Shown here: positions 63,074 to 64,000 of the stretch, one piece after another
How the letters are laid out: every line of letters starts with the position of its first letter
How positions within the stretch are numbered: the first letter of the stretch is position 1
DNA from: Candidatus Poriferisodalis sp.
Lineage (GTDB): Bacteria > Actinomycetota > Acidimicrobiia > Acidimicrobiales > Poriferisodalaceae
Assembly: GCF_965215815.1 (NCBI RefSeq)
Contig: NZ_CBDCEO010000012.1
Span: 933,896-997,895, forward strand
DNA length: 64,000 bases
Reading direction: 5' to 3'
The notes under the pieces: generated by a model
Databases searched by the model: none
What the model saw: the letters and a program-made list of their open reading frames with translations, nothing else
What the model was told of the DNA's origin: nothing
Translations under genes and position numbers: made by a program

Positions 63074-63373
63074 GGACGATGGCCAACTCGATCGCTTGGA
63101 CCTTGATCGCCTCGGTGAGCTGACCGATCTCTGCCCGGGCCGCTTCGAGCTCCCAGTTCCGTTCGGTGGCCGGGCGACCCGGCTTGCGGGCCAGCGCAGC
63201 CAGCGCCGCGTCCTTCACCGTCCGGCGGATGGAGATGATCGTCGACACATCGACCCCCCACTTCCGGGCCGCGTCGGCCTGGGTGATCTCTCCGCCCGTG
63301 ACCTGCAAGTAGATCTCCCACTTCGTCTCCGCGGACAGCTTCTTCGGTCGACGCCGACCCTCGCTGACAGTCA
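63051..63373 (-). CDS. IS3-family transposase OrfA (HTH plus leucine-zipper-like C-terminus)
   Basis: MTVSEGRRRPKKLSAETKWEIYLQVTGGEITQADAARKWGVDVSTI... GAAGGAG lies 6 nt upstream of the ATG at 63373. Confidence 0.85.
63067..63073 (-). promoter_or_regulatory. programmed -1 ribosomal frameshift slippery heptamer G_GGA_AAA (X_XXY_YYZ) at the orfA/orfB overlap
   Basis: The minus strand reads CGG GGA AAA TCC in the orfA frame. Slipping to GGG AAA ATC continues into the orfB frame (…GKIRLGLNGPVP…). Confidence 0.6.
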
Positions 63374-63681
63374 TCTGATGCTCCTTCACGCGTCAGCGAG
63401 AACACGATCAGACTTGGTTCATTCCACGGTGGACCCTCCGCGGCAAACTCAGACGCACAACACTGCGGCGAGGGGTTCGTGTTGGGTCGCTGGTCGGCTG
63501 GTGCGCTCTGTGCTGGGAGGGTGGTCGGCAATTGGGGTGTGGTGTGTGTTGTTTGTTGAGCGTGCGCGGTTGTCTGGTTGGTGGTTCGGGGTGGGTTGGG
63601 CGCGGGTGTTCTGCCTGATGATGCCCAGGCACATCGTCGGTCGGCCAGTGGGGCCCGGGGTCGCCGGTCGGGGCGGGTGTT

Positions 63682-64000
63682 TTACCTGATGATGCCGAGG
63701 CGGCCGGCGCGGTCGAGGTTGAGGGCGGCGATGCGCAGGTCGAGCCACAGGTTGGCCTTGTCGAGGCCGCGCCAGGGGACGTTTTTGGTGCGGGACTTGA
63801 TCTGGGCGATCTTGCGTTCGGCCTGGGATCGCAATCGGTATCTGGCGAGAAACTCGGGTTCGTGGCGTTGTGCTCTTGCGGGGGCGAGGAGTTCTTCGTG
63901 GGGGTTGATCTCGATGATGCGGCCGCCGTCGCGTGTGGTGCATCGGGGCTTGAGCTCGCATGCTGAACAATCCGTTGCCGCGAACCGCACCTGGCGCCGT
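63682..64000 (-). CDS. C-terminal part of an IS1182/IS5-superfamily DDE transposase (gene continues beyond the window end)
   Basis: ...CSACELKPRCTTRDGGRIIEINPHEELL...FLARYRLRSQAERKIAQIKSR...RGLDKANLWLDLRIAALNLDR is the typical C-terminal CxxC...YxxRxxxE...K.....RGL....A.NL.R block of these transposases. Confidence 0.65.
   Translation of the reverse strand, partial: RRQVRFAATDCSACELKPRCTTRDGGRIIEINPHEELLAPARAQRHEPEFLARYRLRSQAERKIAQIKSRTKNVPWRGLDKANLWLDLRIAALNLDRAGRLGIIR

Larger units (their letters stand above)
61984..63421 (-). mobile_element. IS3-family insertion sequence (1438 bp) with orfA/orfB and imperfect terminal inverted repeats
   Basis: The termini are tgaaccaagtcatgctgtgttctc (61984-) and the reverse complement of the right end, tgaaccaagtctgatcgtgttctc (-63421). 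That gives TG...CA ends and roughly 20 of 24 IR matches. It encodes an HTH orfA and a DDE/rve orfB in the -1 frame. I could not identify a clear target-site duplication. Confidence 0.85.

Overview
This is a densely coding, visibly high-GC bacterial chromosomal segment, with G/C dominating third codon positions. Several gene families point to an actinobacterial origin (inference only): DUF222/HNH '13E12-type' genes, an Rv2466c-like DsbA-fold protein, and an Rv1277/Rv1278-like Mre11/Rad50-type pair. I support about 48 protein-coding genes. I saw no rRNA, tRNA or CRISPR array by eye.

Positions 1-43.6 kb are mostly core or peripheral metabolism:
- ung (partial), a kinase-fold phosphotransferase, and an aromatic amino-acid decarboxylase/aminotransferase/deacetylase group.
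- A tandem-fused family III CoA-transferase, an epoxide hydrolase and an acyl-CoA synthetase.
- An MFS exporter with an HxlR regulator.
- A compact aerobic benzoyl-CoA cluster (benzoate-CoA ligase, boxC, boxB) without boxA or boxD.
- A Tat-less molybdopterin oxidoreductase with a fused FeS/NrfD-like subunit.
- A proVWX osmoprotectant ABC transporter whose permease carries a roughly 440-aa extra membrane domain.
- Several alpha/beta hydrolases, a stand-alone ribH, a fused HyuA-HyuB hydantoinase/oxoprolinase, and a MOSC protein.

Positions 43.7-50 kb and 54-64 kb look accessory:
- An intact DUF222-HNH gene, a hook-less Rad50-like ATPase with an Mre11-like phosphoesterase, and a Phd/VapC toxin-antitoxin pair with an AT-rich promoter.
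- A COG1373-type ATPase with a PD-(D/E)xK-like tail, and a TauD dioxygenase.
- A 1361-aa secreted multi-domain protein preceded by a C10 homopolymer.
- A mobile-element pile-up: a truncated HNH gene, a complete IS3-family element with a canonical slippery heptamer, an HNH-tail remnant, and the end of an IS1182/IS5-like transposase.

I found no clearly recognisable novel multi-gene system. The candidates most worth follow-up are listed in findings, each with caveats.
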